DNA of 64,000 nucleotides, from assembly GCA_951406725.2 (NCBI GenBank), contig OX597833.1, positions 41,106,001-41,170,000 of the forward strand, given 5' to 3'. Under the pieces are notes generated by a model. That model made no database searches. It saw only the letters and a program-made list of their open reading frames with translations, and had not been told where the DNA came from. Positions 25,431 through 40,516 of the stretch are shown here, piece after piece (position 1 is the first letter of the stretch; each line of letters starts with the position of its first letter). The position numbers were made by a program, and so were the translations under genes. Source of the stretch: Octopus vulgaris. Lineage: Eukaryota.

Positions 25431-26284
25431 GGCAGTAATAATAATGACGATGGTGATGATGATTATGTGTAGCTCAAAATAAACTTTGATCGAGTAAATC
25501 CATAATCAAAAGTATCCCAGCCAGGGTATCTCGCTCATCTTTTTTGACATTGCCCTATTCTAAACATGACAGGGAGCATTCTCAGAAAGATTTTACTGCG
25601 GTTTTTAGCAGGTGAATCTGCTTCATAGAGGTACAAATCGTCGGCTCGAGGTGACGACGAATGTGACGACGACGACGATGATGACGACGACGGCCAAGCC
25701 GATAACGATGACGATGACAACAACTATAACAGAAACAATACAATGTTGATTTGTAATGAATGAAAAATGGGGGGAAATGCAAATAGCAAACATAATTTAA
25801 AAGAGCATTATTTAAAATAATAAACATTAAAACAGCAACAACGATGGCAACAAGAAAGTATATAATCTAAATTATAAAGGAAACATAGACATGAAAAAAA
25901 GAACGTAACACGATAAAAGAACCGAAACATTTGAAACCACTGTAACAATAACAATAACAACAACCGTTACAAAGAGATTTAACAGCTCGTTATCCTCAAA
26001 GAAGCCATTTGATCTCTCATTAGCTGTTTTAGGTTAAATAAATATTGCAAGGAAGGGACTAGAGAGCTCGAGTAAGATGGGAGGTAATTGTAAGCGCCCT
26101 ATGACGCTATTTGTTTTCTTTAGTTGATTGTTGATTCATCTTATTTTAATGTTATTTTATTGTTCATCTCTGTTGTAATCTCTGGAGAGGAGGGGACAGC
26201 CGGAATTAAGGATGTATTAAGTCGTCAAAAGTGAAGACTATAATTTAAATACGCAGCATACACAGGCTATGTATATATATATAC

Positions 26285-26339
<55 letters not shown>

Positions 26340-26340
26340 C

Positions 26341-26465
<125 letters not shown>

Positions 26466-26513
26466 CATATACATACATACATACATACATACATACATAC
26501 ATACATACATACA

Positions 26514-26549
<36 letters not shown>

Positions 26550-26577
26550 TAAACAACCCATTTACTATATACGTGTG

Positions 26578-26629
<52 letters not shown>

Positions 26630-26683
26630 CATATACATAGACATACATACATACATACATACATACATACATACATACATACA

Positions 26684-26719
<36 letters not shown>

Positions 26720-26756
26720 TAAACAACCCATTTACTATATACGTGTGCTGATATAT

Positions 26757-26801
<45 letters not shown>

Positions 26802-28139
26802 CATATACATATCATCTTTATCTATATCACGAGGGAAAGTTGTGTGGGTGAATGGTGTCGTGTACCAATACCAAAGGATTGATTATATATATATATATAT
26901 ATATATGTTTGTATGCATATATGACATTTATTTCTGTGTATGTATAAAAAGAAAATTTAAATATGTGTATGCGTGTGTGTATATGTGTGTTTGTAAGTAT
27001 ATACATATACATATATATAACATTATATGCTGAGCTCAAAAAGAGGGTGGATAAAGGGTAAATTACGTCGTCTCTTCATAACGACACTCTGTAGACCAAT
27101 ACCGAAGGATCGTTTATATGGAGAGTGTATATTGTGAGAAAGAAATAGAGAAATAGTCGGAGCAGTGGCGGCTTTAAGACAAAATTAGTAGGGATGCTGC
27201 TTCAGGAAAATTTTAGCCGTTGTTTTAATATCGTGTAAAAGGAAGCAAACATAAAAAGAATATTTATACATAAACTTGATCGGTTCGCGTTTTAGCCACT
27301 GCCCTGTAGTGTGTTTAATTTATTCACTGAACACGGCCGCGAATTGCCCCTTGTTTTTCAAACATCACCCCTAAATCACAAAATAAGTGGGGAGGATCTG
27401 CCCTATTTCAAATCCTGGCAGCAACACTGAAGCTGGAAGCAGGATAATAATCTAATTCTACACTTTATCACATTCAAGAATATGAACACATTTTTAAGCA
27501 CAACACACAGTGTCAAAAAGAAACACTACCTTTCACCGGCACTGCGTGAACGACAGTATTGTCTCTCCTTAGCGTGAAGCTTCCTATCTCGGACATGTGA
27601 GCATGCGCATAACAGCCAAACACCGCGTCGCTGGAACTATGAAGCGCACAGTTCTATTCAAGGATTTTTGTATTTTTTTCATAAACTAGGGGATGGCTAC
27701 TGACATTAGGCTTAAGGATTATATAATGTACAAATATAAAGAAAGAATTAAAGAAAAAAGGACTCATTATATTGAATGTTATCGACAAAATCGAGTGAAA
27801 ATAGGGGGTACTGTAGTTCCGCATTGCCTATACACGAGCCGTCACTGAGTAGAAATTCAAACAGGATTTTTAAAGATACAAAAGAATGGCCGATGGATAA
27901 GAATGTGGGTGCGTATTTCGTCTCATTCTTTAATCCGAAAGGGATAATTTCATGTTTTGTGTGAGTTTCGGAGAGCTGAAATATTTATTATAAAGATATT
28001 TGTTGAGATAAAGCCACAAGTCTGAGAAAATGTATATGTTCTTTTATCTGTTATTCTATCTCGTCCATCCCCTCTCTCTCCCTCTCTCCTTCTCTATTTA
28101 CCTCTTGCACTCTATACATATGCGTGTTTGTGCGTGTTT

Positions 28140-28193
<54 letters not shown>

Positions 28194-28272
28194 CAATATA
28201 TATATACATACTGATATATATATATATATATACATACATTCATATATGTATGAATATGTATACATATATGTG

Positions 28273-28372
<100 letters not shown>

Positions 28373-29274
28373 CATACACACATATTCCAACACACAAGCA
28401 TATCCATTTGTATATATATGTATATATATATATAGTGTATGTATGTATGTATCTATGTATGTATGTATGTATGTATACACACACACATGTATATACTTAT
28501 ATATGTATATACACATGGATAGGCTGCCAGAAGTTTTATACTACCGTTTTCAAAAAAAGAAAACCCAAATTCCTCATTATTTGGTCTTAAAAAATAAAAA
28601 CAGCATTTCTAAGTATTGGATTCTTCTTTCATTTTTATTTTAATCCCAAAGTTTTTAGTTTTTAAAGGAGGAGAAATAGAGTGATTTAACGTTAATACTT
28701 TTCCCCAAAGGATACCAGCAATGTTTGTCTCCCTGTAGCAGAGGGATGAACAGCATAGTTAGTCCTTGTAAGGATTTTTGCGTTTTATTTATTTCTAAAG
28801 GCGTAGTCAAAGAGAGAAGTGTTGTACCCATGTTATCTTTAAGCCAGGGAATTGGACCAAATGCCTGCAACAAAGTGAATTCCGATAAAGGTACCGATGC
28901 GCCTAGGACGCCTAAGTATACAAATGCGTATCTAGGGAACGGGCAGCAGACGACATTTTTTAAGGGGGTGGCACTTTTAGGACTACTGTATAGGCCGTGA
29001 GGGCCCGCGGGAGAAGACAATCTCAAGGGTGCCCTGGACATTCTAACTGTGCCCTGGTAGATATAGTGATATTATGGACCTTTCCACCGGCTTTCACACA
29101 ACTTCAGTCGAGAATATACTAGAAGACACTTGGCTAAGGTGATAAGCGATTGGATCGAACACGAAATGACGTACACACAAAGTGAACACCCCGATTACCC
29201 AGCCATGCCTGTCCCCGAATTCTAAATTCACCCCCTCTTATACTCTTTGTAATTTGTTCCAACACTTATACATG

Positions 29275-29510
29275 CTTGCGGGAACCATGAATATTTCACG
29301 AATGAATGGTAAATCAATTGGGTTATTTCTGAAAACTTTATCCAAAAAACCTGAGGGTGTAGCCTGTGTTGTGTCTGTATGGAAAGGTAGTTGCTCATCT
29401 GCTACTCATTGAAAAGTGAAGGAAACTGGAATACGATGATTACTTAATGCACTTTATAATATATATACCTTATATAATTTATGCACAATTTTATAGATTT
29501 GATACACAGT
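29275..29510. repeat. dispersed repeat shared with 35925-36160 (Helitron-like 3' end on - at 35925)
   Basis: gaatatttcacgaat..atggtaaa...ttatttctgaaaactttatccaaa...taatgcactttata occurs at both loci. The 35924 copy begins actag, i.e. a CTAG|T end on the minus strand. Confidence 0.7.
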
Positions 29511-29819
29511 ACTGATAAAATAAATATTTACTCTTATTTTTCCATTTTTCCCATAAAAAAAAGAAAATATCCTGTATATATGATACAATCTTTAGTTAAA
29601 TTGTATATCTGCCACGTGAATAAGCGTGAATATCTCACGGAATTGCACTTATACGCATGTGTTAAGTAGTAGGTGGTATAAAAACAACTTAGTTCAGTTT
29701 TTAAAAATGCACTTTTCACTATCCAATCACCACCGCCACATCAACCACCACCACCTCCACCTCCACTCCACCATCAACACCACCCCCACCCCCCACCACC
29801 ACCATCATCTCTCTCCCTC

Positions 29820-29885
<66 letters not shown>

Positions 29886-30308
29886 CTTTAAGCTCACCAT
29901 CAGAACATCACTCCTCTGCTAAAATATTTGAGCTCTCCTCTTCTATATCATCACTACCTTCAACTAACTTTTTTAACCACGTGATGAATATTACGCTCTC
30001 CCTACCTCGCTTCAGGGATGCTTCTCTTTCCCTCTTTTTCTCTCTCCCTCTGTCTCATTCTGTCTCGCTTTTCGCCTTATCCTCTTCTTCTTTCTCCTTT
30101 TCTTTCTCCCTCTTTCCCTTCAACTAATCACGTAAAATATATATATATATATGACTGATGGTCCTTTCTGTTTCCGTCTACCAAATCTGCTCACAATGCT
30201 TACAACGGCCTAAAGTGGAAGAGACATGTGCGCGAGTTGACACGTAGTGGGACTGAATCCAAAAGCGTGTTGTTAGAAAGCAAACTTCTTACCACCTAGC
30301 AACGTCTG

Positions 30309-30471
<163 letters not shown>

Positions 30472-30516
30472 CGTACATGTATATATATATATGTATGTGT
30501 ATATGTATGTATATGC

Positions 30517-30568
<52 letters not shown>

Positions 30569-30787
30569 GTTTATATACATATATATATGTGTATATATAT
30601 ATATATATGTATGTATGTATATATATATGCATGAATGTATGTTTGTATATATGTGTGTGTATGTGTGTATGTATGTGTTTAATTTCCAAGGAAAGATTCG
30701 GCGAAATAGTTACCAGGGCAGCCAAATGTCACATAAGCAAGTAACCGCGCATGCATGTGTAATAATTCCAAGAAGTGAGACGTGTTT

Positions 30788-30858
<71 letters not shown>

Positions 30859-30860
<2 letters not shown>

Positions 30861-31446
30861 AAAATGCGGAAGGCCGATTTATGGGATTACCTTAGGTATC
30901 CCGTCCATAAAGGGTTTAGCTTTATGGCGTATCGTCAGATCCCAAAACCTGTTGACCCAAGATCTGCTGTGAAGTGTATGCAGCTCGGATTTTATCTGCT
31001 CCATTCCTTAATTTTTGTATTCTTATTCACATACCCGGCATGGCCGACCCTAGGGTTGTTGACGCTCCGGGCAAGCTGAATTTCAGCATGCACAAGCTGA
31101 CAATTTACTTGTCTTTGTCACACCATTCTTGGCGCCCCTTAGCACATGGCGCCCCGGGTGCCTGCCCGAGTTGCCGGTACCTTGAGCCGGCCCTGATACC
31201 CGACAACTGTGCTCACCTACCGTGAAATATAAAAAGAACTTTTTTCAGTTTATCGTACTCCGATACGAAGAAATCCACTCCCTCCCGTCTCAATAAACCA
31301 CTATTGTCACTGAAAACAAAAAAGAAAGCGTATTTTTAAGACGTCTTGGGCCAACAGGTTTTTGGATCTGATGATACGCCATAGAGCTAAAGCCTTTATG
31401 GATGGCAAACCTAAGGTAATCCCATGAACTGACCCTCCCTATTTTT
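30859..31446. mobile_element. MITE with ~105-bp terminal inverted repeats
   Basis: atgggattaccttaggt...agctttatggcgtatcgtcagatcccaaaacctgttgacccaaga (30880-30962) is the inverted counterpart of 31344-31426. TTAA occurs at both outer edges. Confidence 0.75.
31039..31195. mobile_element. GC-rich hAT MITE nested in the previous MITE
   Basis: Ends CATGGCCGACCCTAGG / CCTTGAGCCGGCCCTG. 8-bp TSD atacccg(g/a) at 31031-31038 and 31196-31203. Confidence 0.75.
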
Positions 31447-31462
31447 AATATATACTGCTCTA

Positions 31463-31855
31463 AGGCGGCGAGCTGGCAGAAACGTTAGCACGCCGGGTGA
31501 TATGCGTAACCGTATTTTGCCTGCCGTTACGTTCTGAGTTCAAATTCTGCCGAGGTCGACTTAGCCTTTCATCCTTTCGGGGTCGATTAAATAAGTGCCA
31601 GTTACGCACTGGGGTCGATATAATAGCCTTAATCCGTTTGTCGGTCCTTGTTTGTCCCCTCTGTGTTTAGCCACTTGTGGGTAGTAAAGAAATAGGTATT
31701 TCGTCTGTATTTATGTTCTGAGTTCAAACTCCGTTGACTTTGCCTGTCATCCTTTCGGGGTCGATAAATGAAGTACCAGTCGCGTTCTGGGGTCGATCTA
31801 ATCGACTGGTCTCTCCCCAAAAATTTCGGGCCTTGTGCCAAGAGTAGAAAATAAT
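31463..31855 (+). mobile_element. SINE family A dimer with a ~15-bp TSD
   Basis: TSD atatatactgctcta at 31448-31462 and 31856-31870. Internal junction GAAATAGGTATTTCG near 31689-31703. Confidence 0.9.
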
Positions 31856-31906
31856 ATATATACTGCTCTATATCTTAGAGTGTGCTTCTTCTTTCAGATT
31901 TATATA

Positions 31907-31949
<43 letters not shown>

Positions 31950-32530
31950 ATGTGTGTGTGTGTGTATGTGTATGTGTGTGTGTGTGTGTGTTCAAATATA
32001 TATATATATACACACACACACACAACACTACGGAATACACACAAACACACACACTCACACACACATACTCATACACTCATATACGCACATATTAAGATTG
32101 TTTACGTGAGCTTGAAGAGTCTAGTTATAGCCCTGTAATGAGTCTAAGCTCAAGACTGGTGGTCTCTGCTAATACAGATTGCCTTAGAAGTGCCAACAAC
32201 CCAAATACGTTACAGGATTTAAAAAGTTATCCCTTTTTTAATGTATTGGTGGTGGTGGTGGTGGGAGAACTGAAAGCAGGTAGAGTTACTTTTCGTTTTA
32301 TATATGTGCATGTGTGTGTATGCAACACATACACAAACACACACATATATATATATACAAATATATATATACATATATATATATACATATATACATATAT
32401 ATATATATATGTACGTGTACATATATACATATTTATATACATATATGGAAATAAATTAGATATATATATATATATATATACATATTCATATACATATACA
32501 TGTACATAAATGCATATTTAGATAAATGTG

Positions 32531-32600
<70 letters not shown>

Positions 32601-32665
32601 CATACATACATACATACATATCTGCATGTCTATATATGTATGTATATATTTAAGTACATACATAC

Positions 32666-32700
<35 letters not shown>

Positions 32701-32804
32701 CTTACATATTATATATAAATATATATGCGAGCGCGTGTGTGTCTGCATATAATTTTTTCTTCTACAATTTCGCTTGTAGAAACAAGTAAATGCATGTATG
32801 TGTG

Positions 32805-32867
<63 letters not shown>

Positions 32868-33404
32868 TGATTTAATTCTAATCTCCACCGCATAATAATC
32901 TTATTTAAAATGATAACGAAGTGACAAAGTAAATAACAAAAAACAGAAATAACAGAAATAAACAAAATTTTTTTTTGTTTTAAGAAAAATTAACCAAACG
33001 AATAAATATAAATAATTGCAAGCCAGGCAACACAAACAAAATAAAGACAACACAACTAAAACGAAAGCAAAACAGAATTGAAAAGAGAGAAGCAAAGAGC
33101 CTTCTGCGATATCAGATATTAGACATTTTGCGGGCTTAAAGAAGGAACAAGAAACAAAGGAGAAACTGGAAACTTCGCTCAAGATAAGAAAGAGAGGAAG
33201 GAAGAGAGGAAGGAAAGAAGAAAGGATTTATTAAAAGACGTGCGTGCGCATGTGCGTACGTGTCAATATATGTTGGTATATATATATGCATATGTATACA
33301 CTCATGCACACAGACACACACACAGACACACAGACACACAGACACACATACATATATATATATATATATGTATGCATATATGCAGATATATATTTACATA
33401 AATG

Positions 33405-33445
<41 letters not shown>

Positions 33446-33690
33446 GTATATAAGTACATATGTATGCTTGTTCATACACACACATACATACACACACACA
33501 CGCACACATATATATACATATATATATATATGTATGTAAGCACATATGTATGCTTGTTCATTCATATATATATATTTATATATATACACACACACACCTA
33601 TATATACATATATATATGTATATATGTGTACATATATATGTATACGTATATGTATACGTATATATACGTATATATATATATATATACGTA

Positions 33691-33800
<110 letters not shown>

Positions 33801-33878
33801 CGTGCATGTATATACATATATATATATATATGTATAGATTCATATGTGTATATACATATGTGTTTGTATTTAAGGGTG

Positions 33879-33925
<47 letters not shown>

Positions 33926-34125
33926 GTGTGTCGGCGTATTAGGATTGAGGAAAGTAAAGAGTGGGGTTAGAAAAGTTACACCCTTCCACAATTTGGATTG
34001 TTTTTTTAGAAGCCGTTGTGTATAAAAATACTTTTCATCCTCCTCAGTTCGCTTCACTGGATATTCGACTTGGCTTCAACGCTGACTAATAACTAATGGT
34101 CGGGAGTAACTGGATATATATGTAT

Positions 34126-34165
<40 letters not shown>

Positions 34166-34204
34166 TGTGGGTGTGTGTGTGTATATATGTGTATATATAT
34201 GTAT

Positions 34205-34254
<50 letters not shown>

Positions 34255-34345
34255 GCATATACTCATCAAGCCACACACTCTGCGTTGCATGTACCAAGAA
34301 CCTGTTGGCATATATGTATATGTTTGTGTATATTATATATATACA

Positions 34346-34426
<81 letters not shown>

Positions 34427-34433
34427 ATATATG

Positions 34434-34497
<64 letters not shown>

Positions 34498-34554
34498 TGT
34501 ATGTATGTATGTGTGTGTATGTATGTATGTATGTATGTATGTATGTATGTATGT

Positions 34555-34848
34555 TTCTGTCTCGCGAGACAGATGAGTGACAACCTGGCCACTGGTGGTG
34601 GTGTAACACACCATAGTAATCATATCTGTCAGGCATGTGAAAGAGAGTGTAATTCGGCAGGACTTAAACGACATGCAAAGGTACATGAAGCCCAGTTACA
34701 ACTACAGCCGGCTATTACCGGTAAAGGTTTTAGTTGCCAATTCTGTACAAGACATTGTAGATCTTTAGCTGGGCTAAAAATTCGCACTCGATCACAGTTA
34801 AGCTTCGTGCAATGGCCATACTCGATAACGAGGAGGCAGCCATAATAA
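34555..34848 (+). mobile_element. 3' end of an RTE-type LINE with C-terminal C2H2-like zinc fingers
   Basis: [22 protein letters not shown]...[21 protein letters not shown] resembles RTE C-terminal C..C.R.C.S..GL..H motifs. Short (ATA) tail; 5'-truncated against (TATG)n. Confidence 0.65.
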
Positions 34849-34971
34849 TGTATATATATGCGCCATACTAATACAATTGTTTGTTTGTATTCCACCTGCC
34901 TTCGTCTTTTGTTTATTTCCGTTTCCGTAAACCTGCCTTCGTCTTTTGTCTATTTTCATAAAGCTTCCCGT

Positions 34972-35057
<86 letters not shown>

Positions 35058-35344
35058 TATGTCAGTATATGTATGTGTGCACAAAGACACAAGCCTGTAT
35101 ACATATACGTATGCATATGCACAAATGAAGCATATATGCTTTGACTCTTTCCATAATTATAGCGGATACAGTTTCCGTATATTACACCCGCATAAACAAT
35201 AGAAGGAACGATTGCATATCCCAGCCCATGTACACTGTGATGATGGTGATGGTGATGGTGATGATGATGATGCTAATGACTCTGTCGTTTTTGCTGATGA
35301 TGGTTAAGCTGATAATGGCGTTAATATTGTTGACAGCAATTATG

Positions 35345-35752
35345 ATCTCTCTTTCTCTCTTTTACTTGTTTCAGTCATTTGACTGCGGCCATGCTGGAGC
35401 ACCGCCTTTAATCGAGCAACTCGACCCCGGGACTTATTCTTTTTGTAAACCCAGTACTTATTCTATCGGTCTCTTTTGCCGAACCGCTAAGTGACGGGGA
35501 CGTAAACACACCAGCATCGGTTGTCAAACAATGCTAGGGGGACAGACACAGACACACAAACATACACTCACACACATATACATATATACATATATACGAC
35601 GGGCTTCTTTCAGTTTCCGTCTACCAAATCCACTCACAAGGCATTGGTCGGCCCGGGACTATAGCAGAAGACACTTGCCCAAGGTGCCACGCAGTGGGAT
35701 TGAACCCGGAACCATGTGGTTGGTTAACAAGCTACTTACCACACAGCCACTC
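35345..35752 (-). mobile_element. SINE family B, full length
   Basis: Reverse complement of the 11024-11435 copy at high similarity. Confidence 0.9.
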
Positions 35753-36424
35753 TGTGATATTCTCTTTTTTGCATTCTGAGCTTAAATCCAACTTTGCCCT
35801 TCACCCCGCTGGGATTGATAAAAAGAAGCTTGTTAGTAAAATACCGAGATGTGATGTCATTGGCTAACACCCGTCTCTCAAAACAGCTGACTTTGTGCCT
35901 ATGTTAGAAACAATTAATATTGTACTAGCGGAACCCGTTGAATATTTCACGAATTAATGGTAAACTTATTGGGGTTATTTCTGAAAACTTTATCCAAAGA
36001 AACCTGAAAGCGTGACCTGTGTTATGTCTGTATGAAAAGTTAGTTACTCATCTGTTAATCATTGAAACATGAAGGAAATTGGAATACGAAGATTATTTAA
36101 TGCACTTTATATATACACTTTATATACTTTATGCACAATTTTATAGACTTAATACACAACACTCTCCCTCTTTTTCTCTCACTCGTCGCCTTACCTTCTT
36201 TTACTCTATCCTTTTTTATCTCGCTCTTCGCCTTTTCCTTCAACTAATCACGTGAACGCGTTACAAACGGGCTAAGTAATGGAGGAAAAAACTTAGTTTT
36301 AAAAATTACACATTTCACTCACCACCACCCTCTCTCTCCACTCCTCTCCCCATTTCCTTTGCTTCTTGCCTATCCTCTCTACCTCCCTTCCCCATCCCAT
36401 TCGCAAAATACGCGACTTGTTGCT

Positions 36425-36477
<53 letters not shown>

Positions 36478-36504
36478 TGACCGGCATTCTGTCGGTTACA
36501 ACGA

Positions 36505-36700
36505 CGAGTAAAATTATTTAATTCTGGATGCAGATCGTCCCAACATGATTTCAACCGATTCATATAGCCAACAGAGGGCTTTCGCTGTTTTGTAGTAATT
36601 AAATAAATCAGTATTCTATTCATTAACTCCAAGAGAAATGAGTTTTTTAATTACTGTTTCTTCTATAACAACAGTTCAAAAGAATCTGTTTACCTGTTGA
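36505..36700 (-). mobile_element. N-terminal fragment of an R4/Dong-like non-LTR retrotransposon ORF
   Basis: KQRKPSVGYMNRLKSCWDDLHPELNNFT resembles the GY.KR...W...HP N-terminal motif of R4-clade ORFs (recalled, not searched). Confidence 0.5.
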
Positions 36701-36996
36701 GCTGTTGTTTTCGTTTTGTTCCTCGGTTGTGTTGTTGTTGATGTTGTTTCCAGCCATTCTCCATTTTTTTCCGTCCTTGTTTTCGTATACATTTGCTGCT
36801 TTCTTCCAAGGAATCTAATGCTCTTAGCTTAGTTTTGCCTTGGGGCTGGCCAGATTGGAGCAATCTCGAGTATAACCAGCCGGAATTGCAAAAATAATCT
36901 GGAACTTGACTGAGGATAGAAAGCTCCGAATGACCCGTCCTTGTTTTCTCTGTATCGTCTATCTGGATGTTTTGCGTTCTTGTCCCATTTTTGTAT

Positions 36997-37074
<78 letters not shown>

Positions 37075-37242
37075 ATAATAACAATAATCCTTGGATAGAA
37101 TTTATAAATATTTTAATGCATCGCTACGCACGTTTCCGCAAATCACATGTCTTTTAAAATCATAGTCCTTATTCCTAGGATGATTACAGTGTAGTCCGTA
37201 GTATCCATGGGCATCGGGTAGATCATATGTGTGTGTGTGTGT

Positions 37243-37738
37243 GGAGGAGCAATGGTCCAGTGGTTAGAGCAGCGGAGTCGCGGTTGTAGGATCGCGGTTT
37301 CGATTCCCCAACCGGTCATTATTGAGCGTAAACACCTAAAGCTCCACGAGGCTCCGGCGGGGGGGGGGGTGAACCCTGCTGCACTCTTTCACCACAACTT
37401 TCTCCCACTCTTTCTTCTTGTTTATGTTGTACCTGTATTTCAAAGAGCCAGCCTTGTCACACTCTGTGTCACGCTGAATCTCCCCAAGAACTACGCTAAG
37501 GGTACACGAGTCTGTGGAATGTTCAACCACTTGCACGTTAATAAATGAGCTGCGACGTCACTGGTGCCAAGCTGTATCGGCCTTTGCCCTTCCTTGGATA
37601 ACATCGGTGGCGTGGAGAGGGGAGGCTGGTATGCGTGGGCGACTGCTGGTCTTCCATAAACAACCTTGCCCAGACCTGTGCCTCGGAGGGTAACTTTCTA
37701 GGCGCAATCCCATGGTCATCCATGACCGAAGGGGGTCA
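37243..37738 (+). mobile_element. SINE family C copy joined to the 3' half of a related SINE (37545-37738)
   Basis: The first part matches the reverse complement of 23172-23516. The second part (TGCGACGTCACTGGTGCCAAGCTGTATCGG...CATGACCGAAGGGGGTC) matches 60813-60957. Confidence 0.85.
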
Positions 37739-37761
37739 CACAATATATATATAAATATAAA

Positions 37762-37889
<128 letters not shown>

Positions 37890-37988
37890 AAGTTAATCCA
37901 AACAAGAAAGCACAAAAAAAAACACAACAACGCGAGGACGTGGAACAAATATAGTATTAATGGACGCTCAGGAAAGAAGGAAAGGAGG

Positions 37989-38023
37989 GTTTAACGTTTC
38001 GAGCGGAGCTCTTCGTCGGAAAC
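37989..38023 (-). ncRNA. minimal hammerhead ribozyme motif (U4C variant) in a probable Penelope-like element end
   Basis: Minus strand GUUU CCGACGA AGAGC-UCC-GCUC GAAAC GUU AAAC: stem I GUUU/AAAC, stem II GAGC/GCUC, palindromic AACGUU. The host segment 37890-38092 sits between (TA)n and (TATG)n. Confidence 0.6.
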
Positions 38024-38539
38024 ATAGGAGAAGGAAAGATCCAGAGAAGGGAAGACAGAGGGAAAAAAATCGCCAACGGTACACACGCGGTCGTATGTAT
38101 GTATGTATGTATGTATGTATGTATGTATGTATGTATGTATGTATGTATGTATGTATGTATGTATGTATGTATATAGATGTGTGTATTAATATATATATAC
38201 ACACACACACACACAAGTATGTAGCGCATGTGTGTACGTGCGTGAGTGTATCAGTCGTCAATATCCTATGTACATTACATGATGATATATATTTGGCAAT
38301 TAGTGTTTGAAATTACGTAACTCTATAGAACAGATGAATAAGTAATTATTCCATATAATAAAATGTTTCTAGTGTTGCTGTAAAACAATTTCGTTGGGAT
38401 GTGGCTGTTGTAACCCCTAGAGAGAACATGTGGCTTTCTAACAACTGAAGGGTGGCGCTTTCGACCTATTTAGGGTCTTATCTTTCTCGGGTTATTTCAT
38501 CTGAAAATGGTTTTAAATTGAGTTTTTTTTTATTTTGTG

Positions 38540-38609
<70 letters not shown>

Positions 38610-39108
38610 CATGCATGTATGTATATGTATATGAATACGCAAACATACACAAACACACACACACACATACATTGTGTGCGTATATGTTTGTGTCTGTGTG
38701 TGTATGTGTGTGTACGCATATACATATATACATAGTCGCATATAAAATGTTCACACAGTAACATAAGCACACATACTTGTATACACAGACACGGTGAAGC
38801 CAGATGGCATAGTATGACAAAGGTGGATCGAGATTAAATACAAGTGGACAGAATTCATTCAACCATAAATTGTGTGTGTGTGTGTGTGTATGCGTGCGTG
38901 CGTGTAAGTGTGTGTGCGTGCATGTGTGTGTATGTGTGTGTTTTCGTTTGCGTATATACATACATACATAGTTTTGTAGGCATCGGTATGCATATGTAAT
39001 CTATATATATATATATGTGAGCGATGTATTATCAGGTGGTGACAGCATGGGCTGCAGCAGCAGCAGCAGTAGTATAGTAGCAGTAACAGTAGTAGTAGTA
39101 GCAGTAAC

Positions 39109-39173
<65 letters not shown>

Positions 39174-39884
39174 GAGGAGGAGGAGGAGGAGGAGGAGGAG
39201 GAGGAGGAGGAGGAGGAGGAGGAGGAGGAGGAGGAGGAGTTAGGGTATCTCCTTTGCTGAGGAATCCGGGATGGAGGGAAAAAGTGCTGAGGTAGAGGAA
39301 ATATTTGACAAAACACGGAAAGAATACAATTTCGTTTTATTAACACCAACCTACTCTACAACGTTAACAACAACCATAACAACAACAAAAACTACTACTA
39401 CTACTACTACTATTGCTGCTACACCATCATCATCATCACCACAAAAACGTATCAGCGTTTCCTCCATTATTAGCACTTCCTTTACATCACTGCTACCACC
39501 TGTAGTACTGTCACCGCAACCACCTCCACCACAGCCGAGTCTACCGTAACTAAAACGGAAACCATTGCCACTATTACAGAACCTTCATGAAACCACTCCA
39601 CCACTCGAGGCCCTCGAAGGAGCCTGCACGTAGTTACTGAAACTGTAAGAAAAAGCAGCTAAATCGCCTCAAATCACAAATTACTATCTTGGAAAAGGAA
39701 AGGAAAAATTCGTTAATGTAGTATTACCCACCCTTAAAAGGACTGGACGGTCATGACTGGAACGCATTTGATCAAAGTTCTGCTCGATTAGGGCTAACCT
39801 GAGGCTAAGCACCACCGACAACAACAACAACAACAACACCGATAACGTTGCTATTAGCAACAGATTTATTACTGTTAAAGAAGG

Positions 39885-40145
39885 CAAGTGGCTTAGTGGT
39901 TAGAGTATTCGGCTCATAATCGTAAGGTCGTGAGTTCAATTCCTAGCTGGCAAAAATGGGTAGTACCTGTATTTCAAAGAGCCAATCTTGTCATACTCTG
40001 TGTCACGCTAAATCTCCCTGAGAACTCCGTTAAGTGTACACGTGTCTGTGGAGTATTCAGCCACTTGCACGTTAATTTCACGAGCAGGCTGTTCCGTTGA
40101 TCGGACCAACTGGAACACTCGTCGTCGTAACCGACGGAGTACCAG
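39885..40145 (+). mobile_element. SINE family C-related copy
   Basis: GTGGCTTAGTGGTTAGAGTATTCGGCTC...GAGTTCAATTCC...CACGTTAATTTCACGAGCAGGCTGTTCCGTTGATCGG...CGTAACCGACGGAGT. Confidence 0.85.
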
Positions 40146-40428
40146 TCTTCATCGCTGTTACCACCACAACATCACCACCGCTGCCATACCTTTATACCGT
40201 TATTACATCATCACCACTATAATACTACTACCTATACAAATGGAATTAACAGACTGTGATAAAAATTTTCTTAAGCGCAGTTTTTCGAAGAATCGTTGGT
40301 GTTCAACAGAATGTCTCGAGTTCAAAGTTCAAAATTCATTCTAATCAATTCTACTTTCCATTCTTCCAAAGTCAATAAAAAGTGCGCACGCGTACACACA
40401 CGTACACACACGCGCACACACACGCACG

Positions 40429-40494
<66 letters not shown>

Positions 40495-40516
40495 GAAGTA
40501 TAGCAGTTATTTTCTT

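Noticed and set aside
28655-29056. 128-aa ORF (-) in GC-richer sequence
   Set aside because: No recognisable domain. The CAGGGC-type end at 29056 suggests a DNA-transposon remnant, but its boundaries could not be defined.
34600-34800. Possible host C2H2 zinc-finger exon
   Set aside because: There are no TGEKP linkers or convincing splice sites. The motif style and short tail fit an RTE LINE 3' end.
36900-36945. CTGAGGA...CCGAAT as another hammerhead
   Set aside because: The GAAA core and stems cannot be drawn convincingly; it may be a decayed element end but is not supportable.
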